Below are positions 35,182-43,904 of a DNA stretch of 64,000 nt, in pieces. Source of the stretch: Burkholderiales bacterium. Its GTDB lineage: Bacteria > Pseudomonadota > Gammaproteobacteria > Burkholderiales > JAEUOS01. Below the pieces are notes generated by a model. The model ran no database searches. It worked only from the letters and a program-made list of their open reading frames with translations, and had not been told where the DNA came from. The stretch's first letter is position 1; each line of letters begins with the position of its first letter. The translations under genes and the position numbers were made by a program. The DNA is taken from contig CANJDH010000012.1 of assembly GCA_947473125.1 (NCBI GenBank), positions 1,131-65,130 on the forward strand, written 5' to 3'.

Positions 35182-36462
35182 CTACTTGGTCAATCCCGGC
35201 AGCCACAGCGAGATCGCGGGCACGTAGGTCACCAGCAGCAGCGCGACGCACATTGCGCCATAGAACGGCCATAGCTCCTTCGATACCTCTTCCATCGTCA
35301 CCTTGCCGATCGCGCAGCCAACAAACAGCGTCGGCCCCACAGGTGGGGTGATCAGGCCGATGCCGAGGTTGAGGATCATGATCATACCGAAGTGCACCGG
35401 GTCGATGCCCAACTTGGCAATCACCGGCATGAAGATCGGCGTGCAGATCAGCAGCATCGGCGCCAGGTCCATGAAGGTGCCGAGCACCAGCAACAGGATG
35501 TTGACCAAGAGCAGGAACACGTACTTGTTTTCCGATATCGTCAGGAAGAAATACGTGACCTTGGCGGGAATCTGCATGATCGCCATCATGTAGCCGAACG
35601 CGACCGAGAAGCCAATCAGCATCATCACCATCGACACGGTCTTGACGACACGGTGGATCATGTGCGGCAGATCGCGCCATTTGTAATCGCGGTATACCAA
35701 GAAGGTCACGAGGAAGGCATAGACGCAGGCCACCGCCGCCGATTCGGTCGGCGTGAACACGCCCGACAGGATGCCGCCCATGATGATAACTACCGTCACC
35801 AGGCCCCACAGCGCATCAACCACGATCTTGGGCACGTCTTTCAGTGCAATCGCTTCGCCCTTCGGGTAGCCGCGCTTGTGCGAGATCCACAGCACCAGGC
35901 CGATCAGGCACAGGCCAAATAGCAGGCCCGGGAAGATGCCGGCCAAAAACAAATGCGCCACCGAAATCGTGCCGCCGGCTGCAAGCGAATAGATCACCGC
36001 ATTGTGCGAGGGCGGGATCAGCAGCGCCTGCACCGAGCCGCAGATCGTCACGTTGGTCGCGAACACCCGCGGGTAGCCGGCCTTGACCATCTGCGGGATC
36101 ATCACCGAACCGATCGCCGAGGTGTCGGCAACGGAGGAGCCGGAGATGCAGCCGAACAGGGACGACGCCAGAATGTTCACCAGCCCCAAGCCACCACGGA
36201 TGAAGCCGACAAATATGCGCGCTAGGTTGATCAGGCGCGCCGCCATGCCGCCCTCGGCCATGATGGCGCCGGCCAGCACAAAGAACGGAATCGCAAGCAA
36301 GGCGAAGTCGTCAGTGCCATCCGAAATCTTGAGCATGATGGCTTCGAGCGGAATGTCGACCCACAATGCGGCGCAGATCGCAGCCAGCCCCAAGGCATAG
36401 GCCACTGGCAGGCCCAGCGCGCACAGCAATGCGAAGGAACCGAGCAGGATCAGGATGTCCAT
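35182..36462 (-). CDS. TRAP transporter large permease (DctM family)
   Basis: 426 aa, ~12 TM, DctM-like N-terminus MDILILLGSFALLCALGLPVAYALG. Confidence 0.9.
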   Translation of the reverse strand: MDILILLGSFALLCALGLPVAYALGLAAICAALWVDIPLEAIMLKISDGTDDFALLAIPFFVLAGAIMAEGGMAARLINLARIFVGFIRGGLGLVNILASSLFGCISGSSVADTSAIGSVMIPQMVKAGYPRVFATNVTICGSVQALLIPPSHNAVIYSLAAGGTISVAHLFLAGIFPGLLFGLCLIGLVLWISHKRGYPKGEAIALKDVPKIVVDALWGLVTVVIIMGGILSGVFTPTESAAVACVYAFLVTFLVYRDYKWRDLPHMIHRVVKTVSMVMMLIGFSVAFGYMMAIMQIPAKVTYFFLTISENKYVFLLLVNILLLVLGTFMDLAPMLLICTPIFMPVIAKLGIDPVHFGMIMILNLGIGLITPPVGPTLFVGCAIGKVTMEEVSKELWPFYGAMCVALLLVTYVPAISLWLPGLTK

Positions 36463-36465
36463 GGC

Positions 36466-36990
36466 TTATTCCAATCCCGCCGGCGCGTCGCTGTACATCA
36501 CCGAGGATTCGGGCGGTATGCCAACCCAGATGCGCTCGATCAAGAACAGCAGGGTCAGCGCACCGGCAATCGGGATCGGCGAATATACCGCCCCCACCGG
36601 CAAGCCCGGAAATTCCGCCATCGACTGGTTCCAGGTGATGCGGCACAATTGCACGCCGTAGAACGCCATGAACAGCGACATTGCCCCCATGCAGGCATCG
36701 ACGCCCCACAGCATGAAACGCTTTTGCGCCGGGTTGACTGCGTTGAGCAGCGCCTCGACGGCCACATGTACGTTGGCACGGTAAATCGCCGCGCCACCGA
36801 CGAACGAGAACATCACCATCATCACGACCGATGCCGGCTCGGGCCACGATTGCGGGTTGTTCATCACGTAGCGCATGAACACCCCGAACGGAATCATCAG
36901 CGTGATCACCACCATCGCCGTACCGGCCAGGATGATGCAGGCGAGGTACAACCACTCCATCGCCCGCGCATAGCGTTGCTTCGCAGTCAT
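36466..36990 (-). CDS. TRAP transporter small permease (DctQ family)
   Basis: ~174 aa, 4 TM, between the DctP and DctM genes. The ATG is 11 codons into ORF 36466..37023. Confidence 0.85.
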   Translation of the reverse strand: MTAKQRYARAMEWLYLACIILAGTAMVVITLMIPFGVFMRYVMNNPQSWPEPASVVMMVMFSFVGGAAIYRANVHVAVEALLNAVNPAQKRFMLWGVDACMGAMSLFMAFYGVQLCRITWNQSMAEFPGLPVGAVYSPIPIAGALTLLFLIERIWVGIPPESSVMYSDAPAGLE

Positions 36991-37075
36991 ATCAGATTCT
37001 TCACAAAAAAGACAAACAAGCATGCGTGGCCCCAGCCCGCTGTCAGCGAGTCAGGTCACGCACCCGTGCCGCGAC

Positions 37076-38065
37076 CTACTTGGTGTCCAGAATCTGCTTG
37101 ATCAGCGTCGCGTACTTGGCCCCATATTTGTCGCGAATCGGCTGGGTCGCCTTGAAGAACGCCGGCTTGTCGGCATTGACAAACTGCACGCCGCCGGCCT
37201 TGAGCTTGGTTTCGGCTTCGACGGTGTAGGCATCCCACAACTGGCGCTGCTCTTGCTGCGCCTCGCGCGACAATTTTTTCACCAACGCCTGGTCTTCCTT
37301 GCTCAAGCCCTCCCAGCTGCGCTTGGAGAACACGAAAATTTCCGGGATGATCAGGTGCCCGGTCAGGCTGTACACCTTGCTGACGGTGTAATGGTTTTGC
37401 GCCAGCAGCGTCGGCGGGTTGTTTTCGGCGCCATCGACCACGCCGGTTTGCAAGGCCGAGTACAACTCGTTGAAACCCATCGCCACGCCGTTGCCGCCCA
37501 TCGCGTTCATGGTCTCGACAAACAGCGGGTTGCCCATCATGCGGATCTTCATCCCCTTGAGATCACCGGGCGCGGTCACTGCCTTCTTGGCGTACACATT
37601 ACGCGTGCCAGCATCCATCCAGCCGAGTGCCACCAGACGCGAGCCCGGCCCGTTAGTCATGCGTTCTAGCAGATCGTTACCGATCGGCCCGTCGATGACT
37701 TTGCGCATGTGCGCTTCGTCGCGGAACACGAACGGCAGATTGAATACGTTGACCTCGTCCACCACCGGCCCCATTGCACCGACCGAGATGCGGGCGATCT
37801 GCAATGCACCGACCTGTGCCTGCTCGATCATCTCTTTCTCGCCACCCAGCTGCATCGACGGAAACATCTGGATCGAAATGCGCCCGTTGGTGGCCGCCTC
37901 GAGCTTTTTGCCCATGCGCACGATGGCTTCCACCGTCGGATAGCCGAGCGGATGGACGTCGGTGGCCTTCCACACCACCTTGGCCTGGGCAAATGCCCCG
38001 CGGGCGGGGACTACTGCGGCCAGACCGGCTGCCGCGCCTGCGCGAATCACGTCACGTCTTTTCAT
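37076..38065 (-). CDS. TRAP transporter substrate-binding protein (DctP family)
   Basis: Tat/Sec-like signal MKRRDVIRAGAAAGLAAVVPARGAFA followed by a DctP-type SBP. The ATG is 17 codons into ORF 37076..38116, preceded by GAGGAGA. Confidence 0.9.
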   Translation of the reverse strand: MKRRDVIRAGAAAGLAAVVPARGAFAQAKVVWKATDVHPLGYPTVEAIVRMGKKLEAATNGRISIQMFPSMQLGGEKEMIEQAQVGALQIARISVGAMGPVVDEVNVFNLPFVFRDEAHMRKVIDGPIGNDLLERMTNGPGSRLVALGWMDAGTRNVYAKKAVTAPGDLKGMKIRMMGNPLFVETMNAMGGNGVAMGFNELYSALQTGVVDGAENNPPTLLAQNHYTVSKVYSLTGHLIIPEIFVFSKRSWEGLSKEDQALVKKLSREAQQEQRQLWDAYTVEAETKLKAGGVQFVNADKPAFFKATQPIRDKYGAKYATLIKQILDTK

Positions 38066-38139
38066 GGTTTGTCTCCTCTGGTTGGAGGCCGGGACCATCC
38101 CGGCCGGGTATGTCAAAACACGCTAAAACACAAAACGCT

Positions 38140-38946
38140 TCAAAACGGATACGGTCCCATCGTGGTGTAGCCCCCGCCCTGGAACAGCTCGGCCGGGTCA
38201 CTCTGATCCACCGGCGGCAAGGCTTCCATGCGCGCCCGATACGCTTCGGTGTTGCTCCTTGGCGTCCAGCCCAGGTGTGCGGCGGCCTTGTTGTCCCACC
38301 AGCTGTCGCGATTTGCGGAAGCTCCGAACACGATGGTGTGCTCGACCTTCGGCGCTGTCAACGAGCAGTGCACCAATTCCGACATGTCTTCGTACGAGAG
38401 CCACGTGATCAGCATGCGCCGGTCTTTCGGTTCGGGAAAGCACGAGCCGATGCGCAGGCAGACGGTTTCTAGGCCGTAACGATCCCAATAAAAGCGCGAC
38501 AGCGCCTCGCCAAATGCTTTCGACACGCCGTAGTTGCCGTCCGGACGCACCGGATCATTGGCGTCAATGCGGCGCGAGCGCGGGTTGAAGCCGATGGCGT
38601 GATTCGAGCTCGCGAAAATCACGCGTTTGACGCCTTGCACGCGCGCCGCCTCGTACAGATTGTGCAAGCCGGCAATGTTGGCCGCCAGGATCGGCTCCCA
38701 AGGGCCCTCGACCGAAATGCCGCCCATGTGCACCACCGCGTCCACACCTTCGAGCAGACCACGCACGCCGGCAGCGTCGGCCAGATCACAGCGCACCGCC
38801 TCTTCTCCGGCCTGCGCCGGTTCCATTAGGGCAATGTCGGATATGCGCAGGATATTGGTCAGCGGTTTGAGGCTGGTGCGCAGCACCCGGCCGAGGCCGC
38901 CGGCGGCGCCTGTCAGCAGCAGGCGGTTAAAGGTTCGAGAAGTCAT
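38140..38946 (-). CDS. NAD-dependent epimerase/dehydratase-family protein (uronate dehydrogenase-like)
   Basis: LLLTGAAGGLG Rossmann motif plus SSNHAIGF and YGVSK (YxxxK), as in Udh. The ATG is 31 codons into ORF 38140..39039. Confidence 0.8.
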   Translation of the reverse strand: MTSRTFNRLLLTGAAGGLGRVLRTSLKPLTNILRISDIALMEPAQAGEEAVRCDLADAAGVRGLLEGVDAVVHMGGISVEGPWEPILAANIAGLHNLYEAARVQGVKRVIFASSNHAIGFNPRSRRIDANDPVRPDGNYGVSKAFGEALSRFYWDRYGLETVCLRIGSCFPEPKDRRMLITWLSYEDMSELVHCSLTAPKVEHTIVFGASANRDSWWDNKAAAHLGWTPRSNTEAYRARMEALPPVDQSDPAELFQGGGYTTMGPYPF

Positions 38947-39020
38947 CGGTAGGGAGCCGTCAAGTAAAAACAAAGGGGGTCCGGGATAAGCACAGTGGGG
39001 CGAAAAGTGCTTGATGCACG

Positions 39021-39048
39021 ACCAGTCATATGTCATCATACAACTGGT
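39021..39048. promoter_or_regulatory. Inverted repeat ACCAGT-N16-ACTGGT in the udh/gntR divergent region (candidate GntR-family operator)
   Basis: Read directly. It lies between the divergent starts at 38946 and 39077. Confidence 0.3.
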
Positions 39049-39076
39049 TAGGGATTATCCATTTGGATCCACACTC

Positions 39077-39871
39077 ATGTCAAGGGTCTTACCAGCAGAG
39101 CCTGCGGCGGCCAAGCGCGCCGCAGCGATCCCGGCGCAGGGTTCGTTGCGGCGTCCGGCAAACCTTACGCAACAGCTCGTAGAGCGACTGTCTGCGCAAA
39201 TTCGCGCGGGCAAGATCGCGCTGGGCGCAAAACTGCCGACCGAAGCCGAAATCATCGACACGCACGGCGTCAGCCGCACGGTGGTACGCGAAGCCATTTC
39301 CCGCCTGTCGGCCCAGGGCGTCGTCGTGACGCGCCACGGCATCGGCACCTTCGTTTCGGAAACCGGCACGGTCGGCAATTTCCTGATTGACGTTTCGGAA
39401 CTGGGTACGGTGCTCGAGGTGCTGGCGGTCCTCGAGTTGCGCATCAGCCTGGAATCCGAGGCAGCCGGCCTCGCGGCGGAACGCCGCACCGCGGCGCAGC
39501 TGAAGGGATTGCGCCGCGACTGCGACACCTTTGCGCGCAGCATCGCCAAGGGCGGTGAGACCATCAAGCCTGATTTCGATTTCCACCTGCATGTCGCCGA
39601 ATCGACCGGCAATCGCTACTTTGCGCACCTCATGGAGTATCTGGGCACCATGATCATCCCGCGCACGCGGGTCAATACCGCCAACCTGGCCCGCGAAGAC
39701 CGCACCGCGTATCTGCAGCGGGTGTGCCGCGAACACGAGGACATCTACGTCGCCATCGCAGGGCGCAAAGCGGATGCGGCGCGCCAGGCCATGCGCACCC
39801 ATCTGACCAACAGCCGTGAACGCCTGCGACGTGCACACGCCGCCGCAACGCGTACGGCACGCAAGCCATGA
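39077..39871 (+). CDS. GntR/FadR-family transcriptional regulator
   Basis: Winged HTH KLPTEAEIIDTHGVSRTVVREAISRLSAQGVV plus an FCD-type C-terminal domain. The ATG is 22 codons into ORF 39011..39871. Confidence 0.9.
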   Translation: MSRVLPAEPAAAKRAAAIPAQGSLRRPANLTQQLVERLSAQIRAGKIALGAKLPTEAEIIDTHGVSRTVVREAISRLSAQGVVVTRHGIGTFVSETGTVGNFLIDVSELGTVLEVLAVLELRISLESEAAGLAAERRTAAQLKGLRRDCDTFARSIAKGGETIKPDFDFHLHVAESTGNRYFAHLMEYLGTMIIPRTRVNTANLAREDRTAYLQRVCREHEDIYVAIAGRKADAARQAMRTHLTNSRERLRRAHAAATRTARKP

Positions 39872-40902
39872 CCAAGCGGCATCGGCTGGCGCTGATCGGC
39901 CTGGGCATGGGCTCCACCCCGCACGCCCAGAGCCTGATCGACCTGAACGACCGGGTTGAAGTCGCTGCAGCCTACACGCGTTCGACGGAGCGGGCCCGGG
40001 CGTTCGCGGCACGGTTCGCGTTTCCCTTGAGCCACGACCTTGACGCCATTGCTGCGGACGCCTCCATCGATTGCGTGCTGGTGGCAACCCCGCCGCGCTC
40101 CCACCTGGCAATAGTCGAGTGCTTTGCGCGCACCGGCAAGCATGTGCTGCTTGAAAAGCCGCTCGATGTGTCGCTCGAGCGCGCCGAAGCCATTGTCGCG
40201 TGTTGCAGAAAATACAAGGTCCGTCTTGGCGTGGTGTTTCAGCACCGCTTCCGGCTGGCGGCACTCAGGCTGCGCACGCTGGTCGAGACCGGCGCGCTCG
40301 GTCATGTGGCAGTGGCCAACGTGTATGTACCGTGGTGGCGCCCGCAAAGTTATTACGACGTTCCGGGTCGGGGTACGCTGGCACGTGATGGAGGTGGCGT
40401 GCTGATCACGCAGGCGATCCACACGCTCGATCTGTTTCTGTCCTTGGTCGACGGGGTCGCAGAGGTCATGGCCTATGCCGGCACTACGCCCTTGCACAGC
40501 ATGGAAACCGAAGACACGGTAACCGCTGCACTGTGTCTTGCGGGTGGCGGATTCGGCACACTCGCTGCCACGACGGCAAGCTATCCGGGCTTCGGCGAAT
40601 CAATTGAACTCATCGGCACCCTGGGTACGGCACGCCTCCTGGGTGAGCAGCTGGAAGTCCACTTTCATGACGGCCGCACGGAGCACGTCGGGGCGGCGGC
40701 CTCCACCGGCGGTGGCGCCGATCCGATGGCCTTCACCAATGAGGCGCACCGTGCCGTGCTAAGCGAGTTTCTCGACGCGATGGATCAAGGCCGCGAGCCG
40801 GTCAACAGCGGCAGGGAAGGCCTCAAGGTGCATCGTTTGATCAATGCACTTCTGGACTCCGCCCGACGACGGGCGCCAGTGCTCGTCGCAGCCCTCGACT
40901 AG
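39868..40902 (+). CDS. Gfo/Idh/MocA-family oxidoreductase
   Basis: N-terminal Rossmann RLALIGLGMGSTPHAQ and the EKPL motif (VLLEKPLDVSLERAE). The start overlaps the gntR stop by 4 nt. Confidence 0.85.
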   Translation: MTKRHRLALIGLGMGSTPHAQSLIDLNDRVEVAAAYTRSTERARAFAARFAFPLSHDLDAIAADASIDCVLVATPPRSHLAIVECFARTGKHVLLEKPLDVSLERAEAIVACCRKYKVRLGVVFQHRFRLAALRLRTLVETGALGHVAVANVYVPWWRPQSYYDVPGRGTLARDGGGVLITQAIHTLDLFLSLVDGVAEVMAYAGTTPLHSMETEDTVTAALCLAGGGFGTLAATTASYPGFGESIELIGTLGTARLLGEQLEVHFHDGRTEHVGAAASTGGGADPMAFTNEAHRAVLSEFLDAMDQGREPVNSGREGLKVHRLINALLDSARRRAPVLVAALD

Positions 40903-41007
40903 CGTCGCGCGGCCGCACGTCACCAGAAGCGGCAAGCACCGATCTTGCGCGCATATCAGCTTATAATTTGTTTCTAATATGCTGATTCATCACGCTATTC
41001 TCCCGCC

Positions 41008-41397
41008 ATGAAGCATTTGACACCGACCCAGGCGCACGCGTTCTTGCAGTCCCACCCTGAAGCGGTGCTGGTCGATTGCCGTACCGAGATGGAGTTCTTT
41101 TACGTCGGCCATCCGGTCGGTGCGGTGCATGTGCCATGGCACGAGCCTCCCGACTGGGAGGCCAACCCGAACTTCGCTCGCGAGGTGCTGCGTGAGGCGG
41201 GCGGCAAGGAAAAACCGATTCTGCTCATTTGCCGCTCGGGGAAACGTACGCTCGACGCCGGCAAGGCGCTTGAAGCCGACGGCTTTGTCGACGTGATCAA
41301 CGTGCTGTCCGGCTTTGAAGGGGATCTGGACGAAGACTTTCACCGCAACACGGTCAATGGCTGGCGCGTTGACGGCCTGCCGTGGGAGCAGTTGTAG
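41008..41397 (+). CDS. Rhodanese-like sulfurtransferase domain protein
   Basis: 129 aa, active-site loop CRSGKRT. Confidence 0.85.
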   Translation: MKHLTPTQAHAFLQSHPEAVLVDCRTEMEFFYVGHPVGAVHVPWHEPPDWEANPNFAREVLREAGGKEKPILLICRSGKRTLDAGKALEADGFVDVINVLSGFEGDLDEDFHRNTVNGWRVDGLPWEQL

Positions 41398-41418
41398 GTT
41401 GCTGCCGTGCCCAAGCCA

Positions 41419-42657
41419 TCACTTGCGTGACGCCCGCGCCTTGCCATAGGCGATCCAAAACATCAGCCCCAACAGGTAAAACACAGCGGACGCGGCCACG
41501 AGGTGGCGCGCCGTGTCCGACACCATCGGACTGATGATGCCCGCTGTCACTGCTGACACCAGCACTTGGGTAAATCCCTGGCACGAGGACATCAGGCCGC
41601 GCCGCTCAGGGAACAGGTCCATCAGCATAATCTGCACGGTCGGCGTGATCAGCGACTGCCCGCAGCCGGCGACGGCAATCGGCGCAATCGAAATGAATGT
41701 CAGCATCGGCCCGGCTGCGAGGCCCGGCGCCACAAAACATTGGAGTATCAGGTTGATGCCAACACCGGCCCCCATGACGCAATAGCCCGTCACCACCATG
41801 CGCCGCGCCTTGACCTTGCCGGCGTAGCGATTGACCAGACGGTTGCCGATCATCATGCCGCCGATGGCGGGCAGGAACAGCCAGCCAAAATCGGTCTCGC
41901 CCAGTTTCAGGTGGTCAAGGATAAAGGCCGGTGAAGCCGTGATGTATATGAAGAAGGACGAAAAGTTGAACGCCAGGCAGGCCGCGAGCAGTCCAAACTC
42001 TACGCTGGTGAATACCTGCAGGTACGCGCGCGCCAGCGGCAGCGCGTGTAGCGGCCGGCGTGCGCTGTGCAGCAGCGTCTCCGGCAATGCCCACCAGAGC
42101 CAGACCCACAGCCCGATCGACCCGAGCAGCATGAAGCCAAAAACGCTACGCCAGCCGAACCACACGTGCAGGTATCCGCCCAGGATCGGCGCAATCGCCG
42201 GCGCAATCGCAAATATCACCATCACGTTGGACAGCATGCGCTGGGCGGCTACGCCCTCGAAACAATCGCGGATGATGGCGCGCGTGATGATGAAACCCGC
42301 GCCGCCGGATAACCCCTGCACCAGCCTTGCCGCGATCAGCAGCTCAATCGACGGTGCCAGGGTGCAGGCGAGCGCAGCAAGGGCGTAGATCGCCAGCGAG
42401 GCGAGCACCACCGGTCGCCGCCCCACTGCGTCCGAAATCGCCCCGTGCCACAAGCTCATGAGCGCAAACCCGATCAGATAGGCAGAGAGCGCCTGTTGCG
42501 CCTGCAACATCGTTGCGCCCAAGCCCTCGGCGAGTTGCGGCAGGGCCGGCAGAAACGTGTCAATCGAAAACGGGCCGATCGTCGACAGTGCCGCCAGCAG
42601 CAAAACCGACGGTCGCCGCGCAGAAAGCTGCGAACTGGGAGAGGTTGACGAAACCAT
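41419..42657 (-). CDS. MFS transporter (Bcr/CflA drug-resistance subfamily-like)
   Basis: 412 aa, 12 TM. The GAISDAVGRRP motif lies between TM2 and TM3. Confidence 0.85.
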   Translation of the reverse strand: MVSSTSPSSQLSARRPSVLLLAALSTIGPFSIDTFLPALPQLAEGLGATMLQAQQALSAYLIGFALMSLWHGAISDAVGRRPVVLASLAIYALAALACTLAPSIELLIAARLVQGLSGGAGFIITRAIIRDCFEGVAAQRMLSNVMVIFAIAPAIAPILGGYLHVWFGWRSVFGFMLLGSIGLWVWLWWALPETLLHSARRPLHALPLARAYLQVFTSVEFGLLAACLAFNFSSFFIYITASPAFILDHLKLGETDFGWLFLPAIGGMMIGNRLVNRYAGKVKARRMVVTGYCVMGAGVGINLILQCFVAPGLAAGPMLTFISIAPIAVAGCGQSLITPTVQIMLMDLFPERRGLMSSCQGFTQVLVSAVTAGIISPMVSDTARHLVAASAVFYLLGLMFWIAYGKARASRK

Positions 42658-42732
42658 GCGCCGGGCCGCGCCGCTTCACGCAGGCGCGTCGGGGGTAAAC
42701 GTCAATTGTACGCGCCCGCTCGGGCGCAAACT

Positions 42733-43035
42733 TCAGTGGTAGACCACGCGCTGCATCAGCAAGCCGTCATAGTCGCTGATGAATTCGTCGACCTGATCTG
42801 CCGTGACCTCGCCGCCATGCTCCAGCATGAACGCATGAAACGAGGTGCGCATCTTGGCGGCGACCGCGCCATCCAGAAATGCACCGTGCCCGGTAAGCTT
42901 GTTGACCACTTCAAACCCGCGCGACCCGGACAGCTGGTCCGATATCTCCGCCACGTAGTAATGCGTTCCGTTGAACAATATGTTCATCGAAAGATCGTTC
43001 TTCGAGTGTTCGGTCGCGGCTACAAGTTGGGTCAT
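42733..43035 (-). CDS. Small hypothetical protein (DUF3567-like)
   Basis: 100-aa soluble ORF. The pattern NILFNGTHYYVAEI...GFEVVNK resembles the small conserved Burkholderiales family I remember as DUF3567; the family assignment is tentative. Confidence 0.6.
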   Translation of the reverse strand: MTQLVAATEHSKNDLSMNILFNGTHYYVAEISDQLSGSRGFEVVNKLTGHGAFLDGAVAAKMRTSFHAFMLEHGGEVTADQVDEFISDYDGLLMQRVVYH

Positions 43036-43229
43036 GGCAACCTCCGGAAGGCGTAATTGCGCTCGCTGCTGATTGCACGATACGCAGGATCCTATATCCG
43101 GCCCAATCAGGAAATTTCAAGCGCCGGATGCGCACCCCTGTGGATCTAACGCAGGATACGACCAATCGGCCGACACGCTCGGAGGATCGCGAACCTTTCA
43201 GCGCCAAAGGCCGAACGCCTGTTTGCCTG

Positions 43230-43880
43230 CTACGGGGCGTCCTTGTCGGCGGAGCGATCCTCGCCGCGACGGCCACCCACCGGCAACCCAAGCGCCTTGA
43301 GCTTGCGATAGAGATGCGTACGTTCCAGCCCGGTCTTTTCGGCAATTCGCGTCATGCTGCCTTTTTCCTGGGCCAGATGATACTCGAAATAGGTGCGCTC
43401 AAACGCATCACGCGCTTCGCGCAGCGGCTGGTCCAGCGACAGTCCGGCAACGCTGGGCAAGGGAGCCGGCGCGGTAAGCGCGGGCTCTGCAACAGTCGCC
43501 GACAACACAGTTGCTACCGGGACCGAGAGCGCCCGTTTGACCGCCGCCAGCAGCTTCGCCAAGGCAATCGGCTTCTCCAGGAAATCGAGCGCACCGATGC
43601 GCGTCGCTTCTACCGCCGTATCGATGGTGGCATGGCCCGACATCATGAGTACCGGCATGGTGAGCAAGCCGGCTGCGGCCCACTCCTTCAGTAGCGAGAC
43701 GCCGTCTGTGTCGGGCATCCAGATATCGAGTAATACCAGATCGGGTGTACTTTTTCTGCGTTCATCACGCGCCTGCGCCGCATTCTCGGCCAGCAGGATG
43801 CTGTGCCCTTCATCCGCCAGGATCTCGGAGAGGAGTTCGCGTATGCCGATTTCGTCGTCTACGACCAGTATGTTTGCCAT
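43230..43880 (-). CDS. Response regulator: receiver domain + Fis-type HTH, no AAA+ domain (short NtrX-like)
   Basis: ILVVDDE...LVLLDIWMPDTDG is the receiver and SMTRIAEKTGLERTHLYRKLKALG is the C-terminal HTH_8. Only 216 aa. Confidence 0.9.
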   Translation of the reverse strand: MANILVVDDEIGIRELLSEILADEGHSILLAENAAQARDERRKSTPDLVLLDIWMPDTDGVSLLKEWAAAGLLTMPVLMMSGHATIDTAVEATRIGALDFLEKPIALAKLLAAVKRALSVPVATVLSATVAEPALTAPAPLPSVAGLSLDQPLREARDAFERTYFEYHLAQEKGSMTRIAEKTGLERTHLYRKLKALGLPVGGRRGEDRSADKDAP

Positions 43881-43904
43881 GATGTCCTTTGCTGCGTCCC
43901 CATT

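Noticed and set aside
38087-38105. Perfect 8-bp stem hairpin GGCCGGGA-CCA-TCCCGGCC between the uronate dehydrogenase-like gene and dctP, considered as a terminator.
   Set aside because: No U-tract follows on the transcribed strand, and the dctP Shine-Dalgarno sits immediately downstream. It is more likely an intercistronic stabiliser or processing element, and the evidence is too weak for a feature call.
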